Program-made: the position numbers and the translations under genes
Part shown: one piece after another, positions 10,884 to 21,717 of the stretch
Layout of the letters: the number at the start of each line of letters is the position of its first letter
Numbering within the stretch: position 1 is the stretch's first letter
The notes under the pieces: generated by a model
Database searches by the model: none
The model's input: only the letters and a program-made list of their open reading frames with translations
Told to the model about the DNA's origin: nothing
Assembly (NCBI GenBank): GCA_963422375.2
Contig: OY729428.2
Span: forward strand, 3,552,001-3,616,000
Source: Bryobacterales bacterium
GTDB taxonomy: Bacteria > Acidobacteriota > Terriglobia > Bryobacterales > UBA6623
Length of the DNA: 64,000 nt
Reading direction: 5' to 3'

Positions 10884-12277
10884 TGTCAGTGGAGCTTCAA
10901 CGTCGCGCCTTCTTACGGGTCGGCTCCGCCGGCATCGGCTCGATCGCCCTGCAGTCGCTGCTCGCGGCGGACAACAGAGCGGCTGTTGCGCCGCATTTCG
11001 CCCCCCGGGCGAAGCACGTCATATTCCTGCACATGCTCGGCGGCCCTTCGCAGGTCGATCTGCTCGATCCGAAGCCTGCGTTGGCGAAGTTCGAGGGCAA
11101 GCCCATGCCCGCCAGCATTCTCCGGGGCAAGCGGTTCGCATTCGTGCCCAGGGGCGCGGGAGCTCTGGCCTCGCCATACAAGTTCGCGCGGCACGGCGGG
11201 TCCGGCACATGGTTCTCCGAACTCACGCCTCGCTTGGCAGAGCGCGCCGACGACTTGACCGTCGTCCGCTCGATGCAGACCGACGAGTTCAACCATGGCG
11301 CCGGCGAGCTATTCCTGCATTCGGGCTTCGGGCGCATGGGACGTCCGGCGTTCGGAGCGTGGGTCTCGTACGGCCTAGGCACGCTCAGCGACAGCTTGCC
11401 GACCTTCGTCGTGCTAGCCACCGGACCCAACACGGCGGGCAGCAGCGCCTGGGGCAACGGCTTCCTGCCCAGCGTCCACCAAGGCGTCAAGTTCCGCTCC
11501 GGGGCGGAACCGGTCCACTACCTTGCAAACCCGGACGGGGTGGATCGAGATCGCCAACGACAGGTGATCGACGGGGTGTCCGCACTCAACCGACTGGCTC
11601 TCGACCGCTATGCGGATCCCGAGATCTCCACCCGGATCGCACAGTACGAGATGGCATTCCGGCTGCAGGCGTCCGGCCCCGAGCTGATGCGCATCGAGGA
11701 CGAGCCCAGTCACGTGCTCGCGGCTTACGGGGCGCAGCCGGGCGGCACCGGCTACGCCAACCTGTGCCTGCTGGCGCGGAGGATGGTCGAGCGAGGCGTG
11801 CGCTTCGTGCAGGTCATGATGGCCGGGTGGGACCACCATAGCGGCATCTACGGGCCGGGCGGACTGCCGCGCGCGTGCCGCCGCATGGACCGCCCGACTG
11901 GCGCTCTGATCGCTGACTTGAAGCAACGCGGCTTGCTCGACGAGACCCTGGTCATCTGGACAGGGGAGTTCGGCCGCACGCCGATGGTCCAGGCGATCTC
12001 CCCGCAGGGGTTCACGCAAGACCCCGGGCGCGATCACCACAAGGACGGGTTCGCTCTGATCCTGGCCGGCGGCGGCGTCCGGCCGGGACTGACTTACGGA
12101 GCGACGGACGACTTCGGGTTCGAGCCGACGGAGAACCCCGTGCATGTGCATGACCTTCACGCGACCGCCCTGCATCTGCTGGGCGTGGACCACGAGCAGC
12201 TGACGTTCAAACACCAAGGACGGGACTTCCGGCTCACGGATGTCCACGGACGAGTCGTCCGAGACCTGCTGGCGTGA
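10883..12277 (+). CDS. DUF1501 family protein (Tat exported)
   Basis: RRAFL leader; AKHVIFLHMLGGPSQVD, ARRMVERGVRFVQ, GEFGRTP, HVHDLHAT, RLTDVHG. Confidence 0.92.
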   Translation: MSVELQRRAFLRVGSAGIGSIALQSLLAADNRAAVAPHFAPRAKHVIFLHMLGGPSQVDLLDPKPALAKFEGKPMPASILRGKRFAFVPRGAGALASPYKFARHGGSGTWFSELTPRLAERADDLTVVRSMQTDEFNHGAGELFLHSGFGRMGRPAFGAWVSYGLGTLSDSLPTFVVLATGPNTAGSSAWGNGFLPSVHQGVKFRSGAEPVHYLANPDGVDRDRQRQVIDGVSALNRLALDRYADPEISTRIAQYEMAFRLQASGPELMRIEDEPSHVLAAYGAQPGGTGYANLCLLARRMVERGVRFVQVMMAGWDHHSGIYGPGGLPRACRRMDRPTGALIADLKQRGLLDETLVIWTGEFGRTPMVQAISPQGFTQDPGRDHHKDGFALILAGGGVRPGLTYGATDDFGFEPTENPVHVHDLHATALHLLGVDHEQLTFKHQGRDFRLTDVHGRVVRDLLA

Positions 12278-12297
12278 GATCGCCGAACCGACAAGAC

Positions 12298-13203
12298 ATG
12301 ACAAGGAACTCGACTCTGACCCGCCGGGGCTTTCTCGCCACTTCCGCCTGCGCCTTGCCGCTGGCGCCCGCTTCCGGCGCAACCGCCTGGCGGCCCCTGT
12401 TCGACGGAGAGACACTTGCCGGCTGGCGCGCGATCCATCGGCTGCCCGTAGCCAGGCATCCGGGCGGGCCGTCTCCGCCAAAGGACTCGCCGCGGTACCG
12501 GAAGGCCCTCCGGGGCAAGGGCGAGTGGAGAGTCGTCGACGGAGCCATCACGGGCGGCCAAGCGCCGCCGGGGTCCGGCGTCGGGGGCTATTTGATCAGC
12601 AACGAGAAGTTTGCCGATTTCGAGCTCAGCCTCGAGGCGAATCCCGACTGGGGCGTCGACACCGGATTGATGATTCGCGCGACGGGCATCGGCAGCCAAG
12701 GCCTTCAAGTCCTCGTGGATCACCGCCAAGGCGGCAACATCGGTTCCTTCTACGGCAACGGCATCGGCGGCTTCAACACCCGCCAGTTCGGGTTCGAGGC
12801 AAGGCGAGACGCGAGCGGCAAGGTCGTCGGCATGATTCCGGTCGCCTACCGCGACCTAAGTCCACGGCCCGATCCGGGCAAGAGCGCCGCGACGTGGTCG
12901 GCCGAGCCGGAAGTGTTCTTCGAGACCTGGCGTTTCGGCGAGTGGAACGAAATCCGCGTCCGCTGCGCAGGGCGCCTGCCGACGCTGGTTACGTGGATCA
13001 ACGGCGAGAAGATGGCGTCCCTCGACACGGCGACCCTGCAAGCGGAGGGCTACGATGCCGAGGCCGTGGCAGGGCTCCTCGGCCGCGCCGGTCACATCGC
13101 GCTGGAAGTCCACAACAGCGGGCAAGGCGATCGCCTTGGACAGGAGCGCTGGCTCCCGGGCAGGGTCTGCCGCTGGCGGCGAATCCGCGTGAGGGAACTC
13201 TGA
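12298..13203 (+). CDS. DUF1080 (3-keto-disaccharide hydrolase family) protein with Tat signal
   Basis: TRRGFL; LFDGETLAGW, W.VVDGAI, F.DFEL, GEWNEIRV, GHIALEVH, WRRIRVREL. Confidence 0.85.
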   Translation: MTRNSTLTRRGFLATSACALPLAPASGATAWRPLFDGETLAGWRAIHRLPVARHPGGPSPPKDSPRYRKALRGKGEWRVVDGAITGGQAPPGSGVGGYLISNEKFADFELSLEANPDWGVDTGLMIRATGIGSQGLQVLVDHRQGGNIGSFYGNGIGGFNTRQFGFEARRDASGKVVGMIPVAYRDLSPRPDPGKSAATWSAEPEVFFETWRFGEWNEIRVRCAGRLPTLVTWINGEKMASLDTATLQAEGYDAEAVAGLLGRAGHIALEVHNSGQGDRLGQERWLPGRVCRWRRIRVREL

Positions 13204-13394
13204 ATCCCGCGAAGGGCGCGCAACTCATCACGCCCGCGTCCCAAGGGCCCCTCGCGCGCACAACCGCTGGCCAGGTGCAATCCGGCAGATGGGCCCGAAC
13301 CGCGGCGTCCTCCCCCGGGGAGCTGCCGCAGCCGTGGCGAGTGCTCGACCTAGCGCTGCGCCTGTGGGACCACGGGGAGGACGCGTTGCGCTTC

Positions 13395-13450
13395 CCGCTT
13401 CAACCGGCGCTACGACCTGCAAGCGATCACGGGCCGGCTGCTGCGGGCGC
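13395..13450 (+). pseudogene. Tiny IS1595 transposase C-terminal relic
   Basis: CGCTTCAACCGGCGCTACGACCTGCAA encodes RFNRRYDLQ, nearly identical to the C-terminal motif of the IS1595 copies in this window. Confidence 0.5.
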
Positions 13451-13813
13451 TAGGTCGCAGAGGCGGCGCTCCGGCCCGCGGCTGTACCCGAGCGCTGAGG
13501 GCAGCGTAAGGAGCCACGCACGGACCGCCCGGCGGCGGTGCCGCTGAGGACCGCGCCGATGCGTTGAGCCCGTGCGCGGAAAACGGCTCGGATTCCACGG
13601 GATCCGACGGGCCAGGCAGCCGCCCGGCCTTCCGCTACGGGCTCCTCGAGTGCCAGCAAGCCGCCCCTCAACCCGGCCCGTCCGTCTAGATCCGCCAGTT
13701 GGATCGGGTCCGTAGGGACTCGGGGAGACTACAGCCGATGCCGCAATCCTACGATGAGCAGTGAGACGGGTCGCGGGTACGGCAAGTCAACAGGTCCGGA
13801 AGCTGGAATGCGC

Positions 13814-15403
13814 CTAGGTCAATCCTACGGCAGGCAGCGACTGCTCGATGCGCAGCAGCTCCAGCCGGACCGAGTCGCACAGCGCGTTCCAGCTGGCCTC
13901 TAGCACGTCGTCGGAGACACCCGCGGTGGTCCAGCTGTCCACTTGATCGGTCCAGTTGATCAGGACGCGCACCTTGGAGGCAGTTCCCTTGCCCGGATCG
14001 AGGACGCGCACCTTGTAGTCGGCCAAGCGGATATCGCCAACCGCCGGATAGACCGTCGCGAGACACCGGCGCAGCGCCCCCGCCATGGCGTCGAACGGAC
14101 CTGATGCCGCGACCGTCGCGCGCTCCACGCCCCGGGGCGTGGAGACGGACATGGTCACCTCGCAGGACGAGTGCTCCCGCCCCCGCTTGCGGAGCGCCAT
14201 CTCCATCGTCTCCAGCTTGAAGAAGTCCCTCTGGCCGGCGAGCGCCTGGCGGACCAGCAGTTCGAACGATCCGTCGGCCGACTCCAGTTCGTAGCCCTCG
14301 AACTCGAGCTGCTTGACACGGTCGAGCACGCCCTTGCGGGCCTCGGCGGTGAGCTGGTCGTCCCAGCCCTTCTCCTGGAGCTTGAACGTGATGTTGCTGC
14401 GGCCCGAGAGGTCGCTGACCAGCACGCGGCGAACGTTGCCCACCGCTTCGGGCTCGACGTGCTCGTACGTCCCGGCGTCCCGCAGCACGGCGCTCACGTG
14501 GATGCCGCCCTTGTGCGCGAACGCGCTCTTGCCAACGAAGGCCGCGCCGTTGGCCAGGCGCAGGTTGGCCGTCTCGGCGATGTACGTGGCGAACGAGGTC
14601 AGCTTGGCCACGTTGTCCCTGCCGATCACCGTGTGCCCCAGCTTGAGCTCGAGATTGCAGATCGTCGGAATCAGGTTGCAGTTGCCGCAGCGCTCCCCGT
14701 AGCCGTTCATCGTGCCCTGCACGTGGGTGGCGCCGAGCTCTACGGCCGCGACCGCGTTGGCGACCGCGAGCTCGGAGTCGTTGTGGGTGTGGATGCCGAT
14801 GACGCCGCCGAAACGCTCGCGCACGTCCGCGACGATCTCCGACAGGAGCCCGGTCAGCGTGCCACCGTTGGTATCGCACAGCACGAGGCAGTCCGCGCCG
14901 GCGGACTGCGCCGCCTCGAGGGTGCGGAAGGCGAAGTCCCGACTCGCCCGGTACCCGTCGAAGAAGTGCTCGGCGTCGTAGATCACCTCGCGCCCGAGGT
15001 CCTTCAGGTACGCGACCGTCGAGCGGATCATCTCCAGGTTCTGCTCCTCGGTGACCCGCAGCGCACGCTCGGTGTGCAGCTGCCAGCTCTTGCCGAAGAT
15101 CGCCACGGCAGGCGTCTCGGACTCGACCAGCATCCGGACGTTGGGGTCGCTGCGGGCGTCGTTGGCGACATGCCGCGTCGAGCCGAACGCCACCAGGCGC
15201 GCATGGCGCAGCCGCAGATCGCTCTTGGCCCGCTCGAAGAACTCGGCGTCGCGAGGGTTCGAGCCCGGCCAGCCGCCCTCGATGTAGTCGATGCCAAGGC
15301 CGTCCAGCCTCGCGGCGATCGCGAGCTTGTCGGCCACGGAGAAGGCGACGCTCTCGCCCTGCGTGCCGTCGCGCAGCGTCGTGTCGTAGACGAGGATCCG
15401 CAT
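13814..15403 (-). CDS. cimA: Citramalate synthase
   Basis: YDTTLRDGTQGE, YIEGGWPGSNP, YDAEHFFDG, NGYGERCGN, AFAHKGGIHVSAV, DYKVRVL. Confidence 0.93.
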   Translation of the reverse strand: MRILVYDTTLRDGTQGESVAFSVADKLAIAARLDGLGIDYIEGGWPGSNPRDAEFFERAKSDLRLRHARLVAFGSTRHVANDARSDPNVRMLVESETPAVAIFGKSWQLHTERALRVTEEQNLEMIRSTVAYLKDLGREVIYDAEHFFDGYRASRDFAFRTLEAAQSAGADCLVLCDTNGGTLTGLLSEIVADVRERFGGVIGIHTHNDSELAVANAVAAVELGATHVQGTMNGYGERCGNCNLIPTICNLELKLGHTVIGRDNVAKLTSFATYIAETANLRLANGAAFVGKSAFAHKGGIHVSAVLRDAGTYEHVEPEAVGNVRRVLVSDLSGRSNITFKLQEKGWDDQLTAEARKGVLDRVKQLEFEGYELESADGSFELLVRQALAGQRDFFKLETMEMALRKRGREHSSCEVTMSVSTPRGVERATVAASGPFDAMAGALRRCLATVYPAVGDIRLADYKVRVLDPGKGTASKVRVLINWTDQVDSWTTAGVSDDVLEASWNALCDSVRLELLRIEQSLPAVGLT

Positions 15404-15419
15404 CGGCCTGCCCTCCGAC

Positions 15420-16457
<1,038 letters not shown>

Positions 16458-16506
16458 TGTGATGTCGGGTATTCCTTTCGCAGTGTTCGAGGATCGGCTC
16501 GGGACT

Positions 16507-17034
16507 CTAGGGCTCGGACAGGGCGGCTTCGCTGTAGCGCGGCACGGGCAGCTTGTTGTGCTTGGCGCGCGCCATCGCCATCGAGCCGGACCGGACCATC
16601 TCGACCGCTCCGTACGAGTGCAGGAGCGAGATGAGGGCGTCGATCTTATCGGGCGAGCCGGTCACCTCGAAGGTGTACGCCTTGGGCGAGGCGTCGACCA
16701 CGCGTGCGCGGAAGACCTCCGCCTCCTTCAGCAGCGCGGGGCGCCGCTCCTCCTCGGCGTAGACCTTGATCAGGGCCATCTCGCGGCGCACGGCCCGGGA
16801 GTCGGTGAGATCCACGGCCTTGATGACGTTGACGAGCCGCGAGATCTGCTTGATGAGCAGCTCCCGGCCCTGGTCGCCGACCCCGGCGACGATCGTCATG
16901 CTGGACAGGGTGGGATCCAGCGTCCTAGCTACGGTCAGGCTCTCGATGTTGTAGCCGCGCGAGGTGAGCACCCCGGCCACGCGCATCAGCGCGCCGGGCT
17001 TGTTCTCGACGAGGAGCGAGATCAGCTGGTGCAT
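16507..17034 (-). CDS. ilvN: Acetolactate synthase small subunit
   Basis: [13 protein letters not shown]...[13 protein letters not shown] domain; REMALIKV. Confidence 0.95.
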   Translation of the reverse strand: MHQLISLLVENKPGALMRVAGVLTSRGYNIESLTVARTLDPTLSSMTIVAGVGDQGRELLIKQISRLVNVIKAVDLTDSRAVRREMALIKVYAEEERRPALLKEAEVFRARVVDASPKAYTFEVTGSPDKIDALISLLHSYGAVEMVRSGSMAMARAKHNKLPVPRYSEAALSEP

Positions 17035-17049
17035 GGCTTCGCCCCCCTC

Positions 17050-18789
17050 CTAGTCGCCCGCCACCGCGGCGGCCGACTCGGCCGCTGGCTGCAGGATCAT
17101 CTCGCTGACCGCGCCGCCCGCGGGAACCATCGGGTAGACGCATTCCTCGGGCGTGACCTGGACGTTGAGTAGGTACGGGCCCGGCTCGCCGAAGGCGTGC
17201 TCCAGCGCGCCGTCGAGATCCTCGGGGCGGGACACGGAGCCGCCGGAAATGCCGAAAGCCGCCGCGAGCAGCGAGGCGTCCGGGAAGGCCTCGATGGCCA
17301 CCTCGCTGTAGCGCTTGCCGTAGAACAGCTCCTGCCACTGGCGGACCATGCCGAGGGTGTTGTTGTTCATGACGACGATCTTGACCGGTAGGCGGTTGGC
17401 GGAGATCGTGCCGAGCTCGGGGATCGACATCATGAAGCCCCCGTCGCCGACGATGCTGATCACGGTCCGGTCGGGGCAGGCGAACTTGGCGCCGACGGCG
17501 GCGGGAAGGCCGAAGCCCATCGACCCCAGCCCGCTCGAGGACTGCCACAGACGCGGGCGGTTGAAGCGCAGGTACTGGGCGGCCCACATCTGGTGCTGGC
17601 CCACGTCGACCGTCACGACGGCCTCTCCTCCGGCAATCTCGTCCAGCTTCTGCATCAGCTGCTGCGGCTTGATCTCGTCAGCGCTGGGCTGGTAGGAGAA
17701 CGGGTGGTCGCGCTTCAGGGCGAGCACGTGCTCGCGCCAAGCCAGGCGCGTCTCGCGCAAACGCATGCCGAGGGTCGGGCGCGTCACCTCGAGCCGCTCG
17801 TTCAGCATCCGCAGGACGGCCTTGGCGTCGCCGACCACGCCGAGGTCGGCCCGCCGGTTCTTGTTGATCTCGGCCGGGTCGACGTCGACGTGCAGCACCT
17901 TCGCTCGCGGCGCGAACTTGTCGAGGCGCCCGGTCACTCGGTCGTCGAAGCGCACGCCGAGGCCCACCAGCGAGTCGCACTCGGTGATGCCCATGTTGGC
18001 CGCGTAGCTGCCGTGCATGCCCAGCATCGAGATGAAGTTCGGGTGGCCCGTCGGCATCGCTCCCAAGCCCATGACCGTGTGCGCGAGCGGCGCCTCGAGC
18101 AGCTCGGAGAAACGCACCAGCTCGGCGCTGGCGCCGGACGAGACGATGCCGCCGCCGGCGTAGATGTAGGGCCGCTCGGCGTTCCAGAGGAACTCGACGG
18201 CGCTCTCGATCTCTTGCTGGTCGGGTCCGGGATCGGGCCGGTAGCCGCGAAGCGGCTCCATGCGCTGGTCCCCGCTGTAGTCAGCCCGGGACAGCAGCAC
18301 GTCCTTGGTGATGTCGACCAGCACGGGGCCGGGACGCCCGCTGGTGGCGATGTAGAACGCCTCGTGGACGATCTGGGACAGCTCGCTGACGTCCTTGACG
18401 AGGTAGTTGTGCTTGGTGGCCGACCGCGAGATGCCGAACGTGTCGGCCTCCTGGAAGGCGTCCCGCCCGATCAGGGCCTGCGGCACCTGCCCGGTGATGG
18501 CGACCACGGGGATGGAGTCCATCAGGGCGTCGACCAGCCCGGTGGTGAGATTGGTGGCCCCGGGACCGGAAGTGGCCATGCAGACGCCCGCCTTGCCGGT
18601 GGCGCGGGCGTACCCCTGCGCCGCGAACGCGGCGTTCTGCTCGTGCCGGACAAGCACGTGCCGCAGCGGGTGGTGGTACAGGACGTCGTAGACGGGCAGG
18701 GTCACCCCGCCCGGGTATCCGAAGACGGCCTCGGCCCCTTCGCGGGCCAAGCTCTCGATCAGGATCTGCGCTCCGCTCAACAGCGCCAT
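17050..18789 (-). CDS. ilvB: Acetolactate synthase large subunit
   Basis: FGYPGG, RHEQ, TSGPGATN, DVGQHQMWAAQ, GDGGF...NN TPP motif; ATG at 18789. Confidence 0.96.
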   Translation of the reverse strand: MALLSGAQILIESLAREGAEAVFGYPGGVTLPVYDVLYHHPLRHVLVRHEQNAAFAAQGYARATGKAGVCMATSGPGATNLTTGLVDALMDSIPVVAITGQVPQALIGRDAFQEADTFGISRSATKHNYLVKDVSELSQIVHEAFYIATSGRPGPVLVDITKDVLLSRADYSGDQRMEPLRGYRPDPGPDQQEIESAVEFLWNAERPYIYAGGGIVSSGASAELVRFSELLEAPLAHTVMGLGAMPTGHPNFISMLGMHGSYAANMGITECDSLVGLGVRFDDRVTGRLDKFAPRAKVLHVDVDPAEINKNRRADLGVVGDAKAVLRMLNERLEVTRPTLGMRLRETRLAWREHVLALKRDHPFSYQPSADEIKPQQLMQKLDEIAGGEAVVTVDVGQHQMWAAQYLRFNRPRLWQSSSGLGSMGFGLPAAVGAKFACPDRTVISIVGDGGFMMSIPELGTISANRLPVKIVVMNNNTLGMVRQWQELFYGKRYSEVAIEAFPDASLLAAAFGISGGSVSRPEDLDGALEHAFGEPGPYLLNVQVTPEECVYPMVPAGGAVSEMILQPAAESAAAVAGD

Positions 18790-18918
18790 GGTTCGTGTCC
18801 CTCGCTTTCCTCGTTCCCTTGCTCCCATCATTCCCGATCACGGGGCTGGGCGATGCCGCCCCCGACCTTGAATGCTAGCCCCGGTCGGCGGCCTCGTCGG
18901 ATTCCTGCCCGACGCGGC

Positions 18919-19107
18919 TCAACCGGGGCACGGTACAGCGACGAGAACGGTCAGGCTGCCGATGCGGGGAATGGCGAAATGAATTCGGCCGGGGCGGTGG
19001 CCCGGTAGCGGCGAGCGGCGGCGAGAAGCCGCCGCTGCGGGAGCGATGCCCGCCGCGAATGCGGCACGGGCATTCGGGCGGCAGCCGTCTGGAAGCTGGA
19101 TTGGCAT
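18919..19107 (-). other. Candidate ilv leader peptide ORF (62 aa) with downstream alternative hairpins
   Basis: Ends in IHFAIPRIGSLTVLVAVPCPG* (I/L/V cluster); lies between the promoter and ilvB. Confidence 0.35.
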
Positions 19108-19149
19108 CACGCGCTTGGCTGCGGTCAGCAGGCGAGCAACCGTGCTCTT

Positions 19150-19179
19150 ATAGTAGCGCCATTCGCCGGGCGGGGTCAA
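19150..19179 (-). promoter_or_regulatory. Sigma70-type promoter upstream of ilvB
   Basis: TTGACC-N18-TACTAT on the minus strand. Confidence 0.6.
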
Positions 19180-19778
19180 AACACGGCGCGCGCTGGCCGA
19201 CGGAGATAACCAGGCGGGGTTTCCGATGACAGGTTCCCGCCCGGGGCCGCCCGGTCTTCAGCGTCCACGCGGGCCGGCGCGGAGAGTCCGGTGCGGCCGC
19301 GGGCCGCCGGTGAAGGGCCAAGAAGGCTGTCCCGATCCTCGGTCGCGTGGCGGACTCGCGGAACGGGACTGGTGCATACGCGATTCGAGTGCGTGCGGAC
19401 GTGCGCTCGTCGACCGGCGGCTCCGGGGACATTCGCTTGCGACTGGCGTAGAGGGCCGCCAAAGGTAGGCGTGCAGCCTGTCGGTGAACGTCGGGATCAG
19501 ACACGTCGCGAGCCTCCAAGGCCTCGGCGCATCGAAGGAGGAACTCCGAGCGATGCTCGGAATTTCCGAAGACGGGCGGTAACCTATCGTTGACGAGCAC
19601 CAGGAGCGAATGTGGCCGACTCGCTACACGCCGCTCCACCTCCGTAAGACCAGCCCGACGGTCAACGGCGAGGGGACAGGCCACCGGCCCCGCGACGAGG
19701 CGTTCTTCGGATACACGCAACCGTAGCGAGCCCCGCTCGCCGGGAAGGGCCAGAAGATCGACACGACACACGCTCTAG

Positions 19779-21717
19779 CCCGCATTATTCACGAATGCGG
19801 CGCAGGCCCATGGATCCAGTTTCCGGGCCCTCGATGGCCGCCAAATCTGCTTCCGAAACGCCTGCGGGCGGGGAATGCGGGGCTTGCGCGGCGTCTCGCG
19901 AGCGGCCTGCGGGCCGCGGACACCTCCTCGGCGGCACCCGCCCGGAGGGCAGGCACGGTTGCCCCCGGCGGCGCCCGGCGCCTGCCGACACTCTCCGGAT
20001 GGACCCGGCCCGGCGTCATATCGGCACGGCCCCCAAGCCCCGCGCCACCACCGCCCAGGCGTCCCGGAACGGTGCCGTCCGCGGCACTCGCAGCACGATC
20101 GGCTTCGCCGTGGCCGCGACCCGCGCCCCCGGCTTCGGCAGGCCGAGGCGCAACCCGTCCACCCGGCGCTTCCGCAGCGGCGTGTCCCGTGCCTGCCAGC
20201 GCAGTTCCTGCATGATCACGTAGGCCGCCGCCGCGAGCGGCGCGCGGAACTGGTTCGCCGCGAAGCTCGAGCAGCTGGCGCGGTCCATCCGCATCCCTTG
20301 CTTGAGCTCCTCGACGCGGTTCTCCACGTCTCCCCGCAGGCAGTGGATCCGCTCGCAGAGGCGCTGCGGGCTGCCGCCCGCGTCGGTCACCACCTAGCGC
20401 GGGTTCCACTGCGGGGCGCGCCCGGGAAACTCGCTCGCGTCCGCCTTGACGGTCACCCGCCGCGCCCGCGACCGGCGGCCCGCCCGGTAGACGAACTGCC
20501 CGTGCAGCGGGCCCGGGTTCTTGCCCGCGTCCTCCGCGCCCGGCCGGCCCCCCTGCGTGCCGGCTCCCGGCCGCGCGTACTTCGCCCGCAACTGCTCCAG
20601 CCGGGACGGCGGGTCCCCCGCGGCCGCCGCTGCCCCGCCGCGGTCCGCGCCCGGGGTGCCGCCGGGCCTCGACGGCCGCCCGCAACGGGGCCGCGCGCCG
20701 CTCCGGCACCGCGTTCTTCTGCAGGCACGCCACGCACTCCAGGCCCTCGCGCTCGCCATAGGCCGGCAGCCCGTCCCCTTGGAAGCCCGCGTCCAGGCGC
20801 AGGCGCAGCGTCGCCCGCGGGAAGAATTCCCGCAGCAGCGGCAGCAAGCGGTCCAGCAGCGGCAGCAAGCCCTCCGCGGCCGCGGCCGTGCCCGAGCGCA
20901 GCAGCGCCGCCACGAGATGCCGCTCGCGCTCGTCGTCGAAGCGCACCGCGCCCGCCAGCGGCAAGTAGCAATGCGTGTCGTGGAAGCCGTTGCACAGCGC
21001 CAGCTACCGGCCCCCGTGCGGCGGCTCGCAGGCCGGGTCGAAGTCCAGCTCGACGATGCTCGTCTCGGGGCGCCGCTCGTGCCGGCGCCGCACGACGCAG
21101 CGGGCCGGCACCGCGGACAGCGCGCTCGGCGCGTCCGCGGTGACGGCGTTCTCGAAGCGCGACAGGGCGGGCCGAGACGGCAGGTCGCGACCCTGCCAGG
21201 GGTCGCGCCCGAGCGGCAGCTTGAACACGGGGTCGCCGCCGAGGCGCCCGGCGTCGTGGCAGTCCTCCTAGCCGCAGGCGAGGCCGTAGATGCGCTGGCG
21301 GAGCCTGTCGGCGAGGGAGTGGAGCACCTTGGAGACCTCGGAGGGCAGGCGCCGGTCGCGCAGGCAGCCGGCGAACGCCGCGGTGAGGCCGGGAGCGCGG
21401 TCGGCGGCCTCGACCGGGACAGCGCCGCCGTCGGAGCTGCTGCGCTCGTGATCGCAGCGGACGGCGACGGGGCGACGGCGCGGGTTGCGGAATAGAACGC
21501 CTTGGGAGCCTGCGGCTACGACCATGCATTCATTATAACCTACCGGATAAAAACCACTTCAGCGTATAAACTTGGATTTCAATCGGACCGGGCCGGGGCT
21601 GCCGCCGGGGATCGCAGGGCACTCCCAGGAGTGAGGATCGCGCTGGACCGGGGGCCCTCACGGCCCGGGCGGAGGGACCGGACTATGGCCCTCCGGGCTA
21701 CTCATGAATTATCCGGG
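19779..21717 (-). mobile_element. IS1380-family element, copy 1 (transposase pseudogene)
   Basis: TIRs CCCGCATTATTCACGA / TCATGAATTATCCGGG; CTAG duplicated at 19775-19778 and 21718-21721; SSDGGA, QRIYGLACGYED, FNGFYD..CY.PL, RGDVENRVEELK motifs broken by two TAG stops and a frameshift. Confidence 0.88.

Noticed and set aside
19148..19771. 207-aa ORF next to the IS1380 copy
   Set aside because: No recognisable motif, and it runs into the ilv promoter; at most an eroded remnant.
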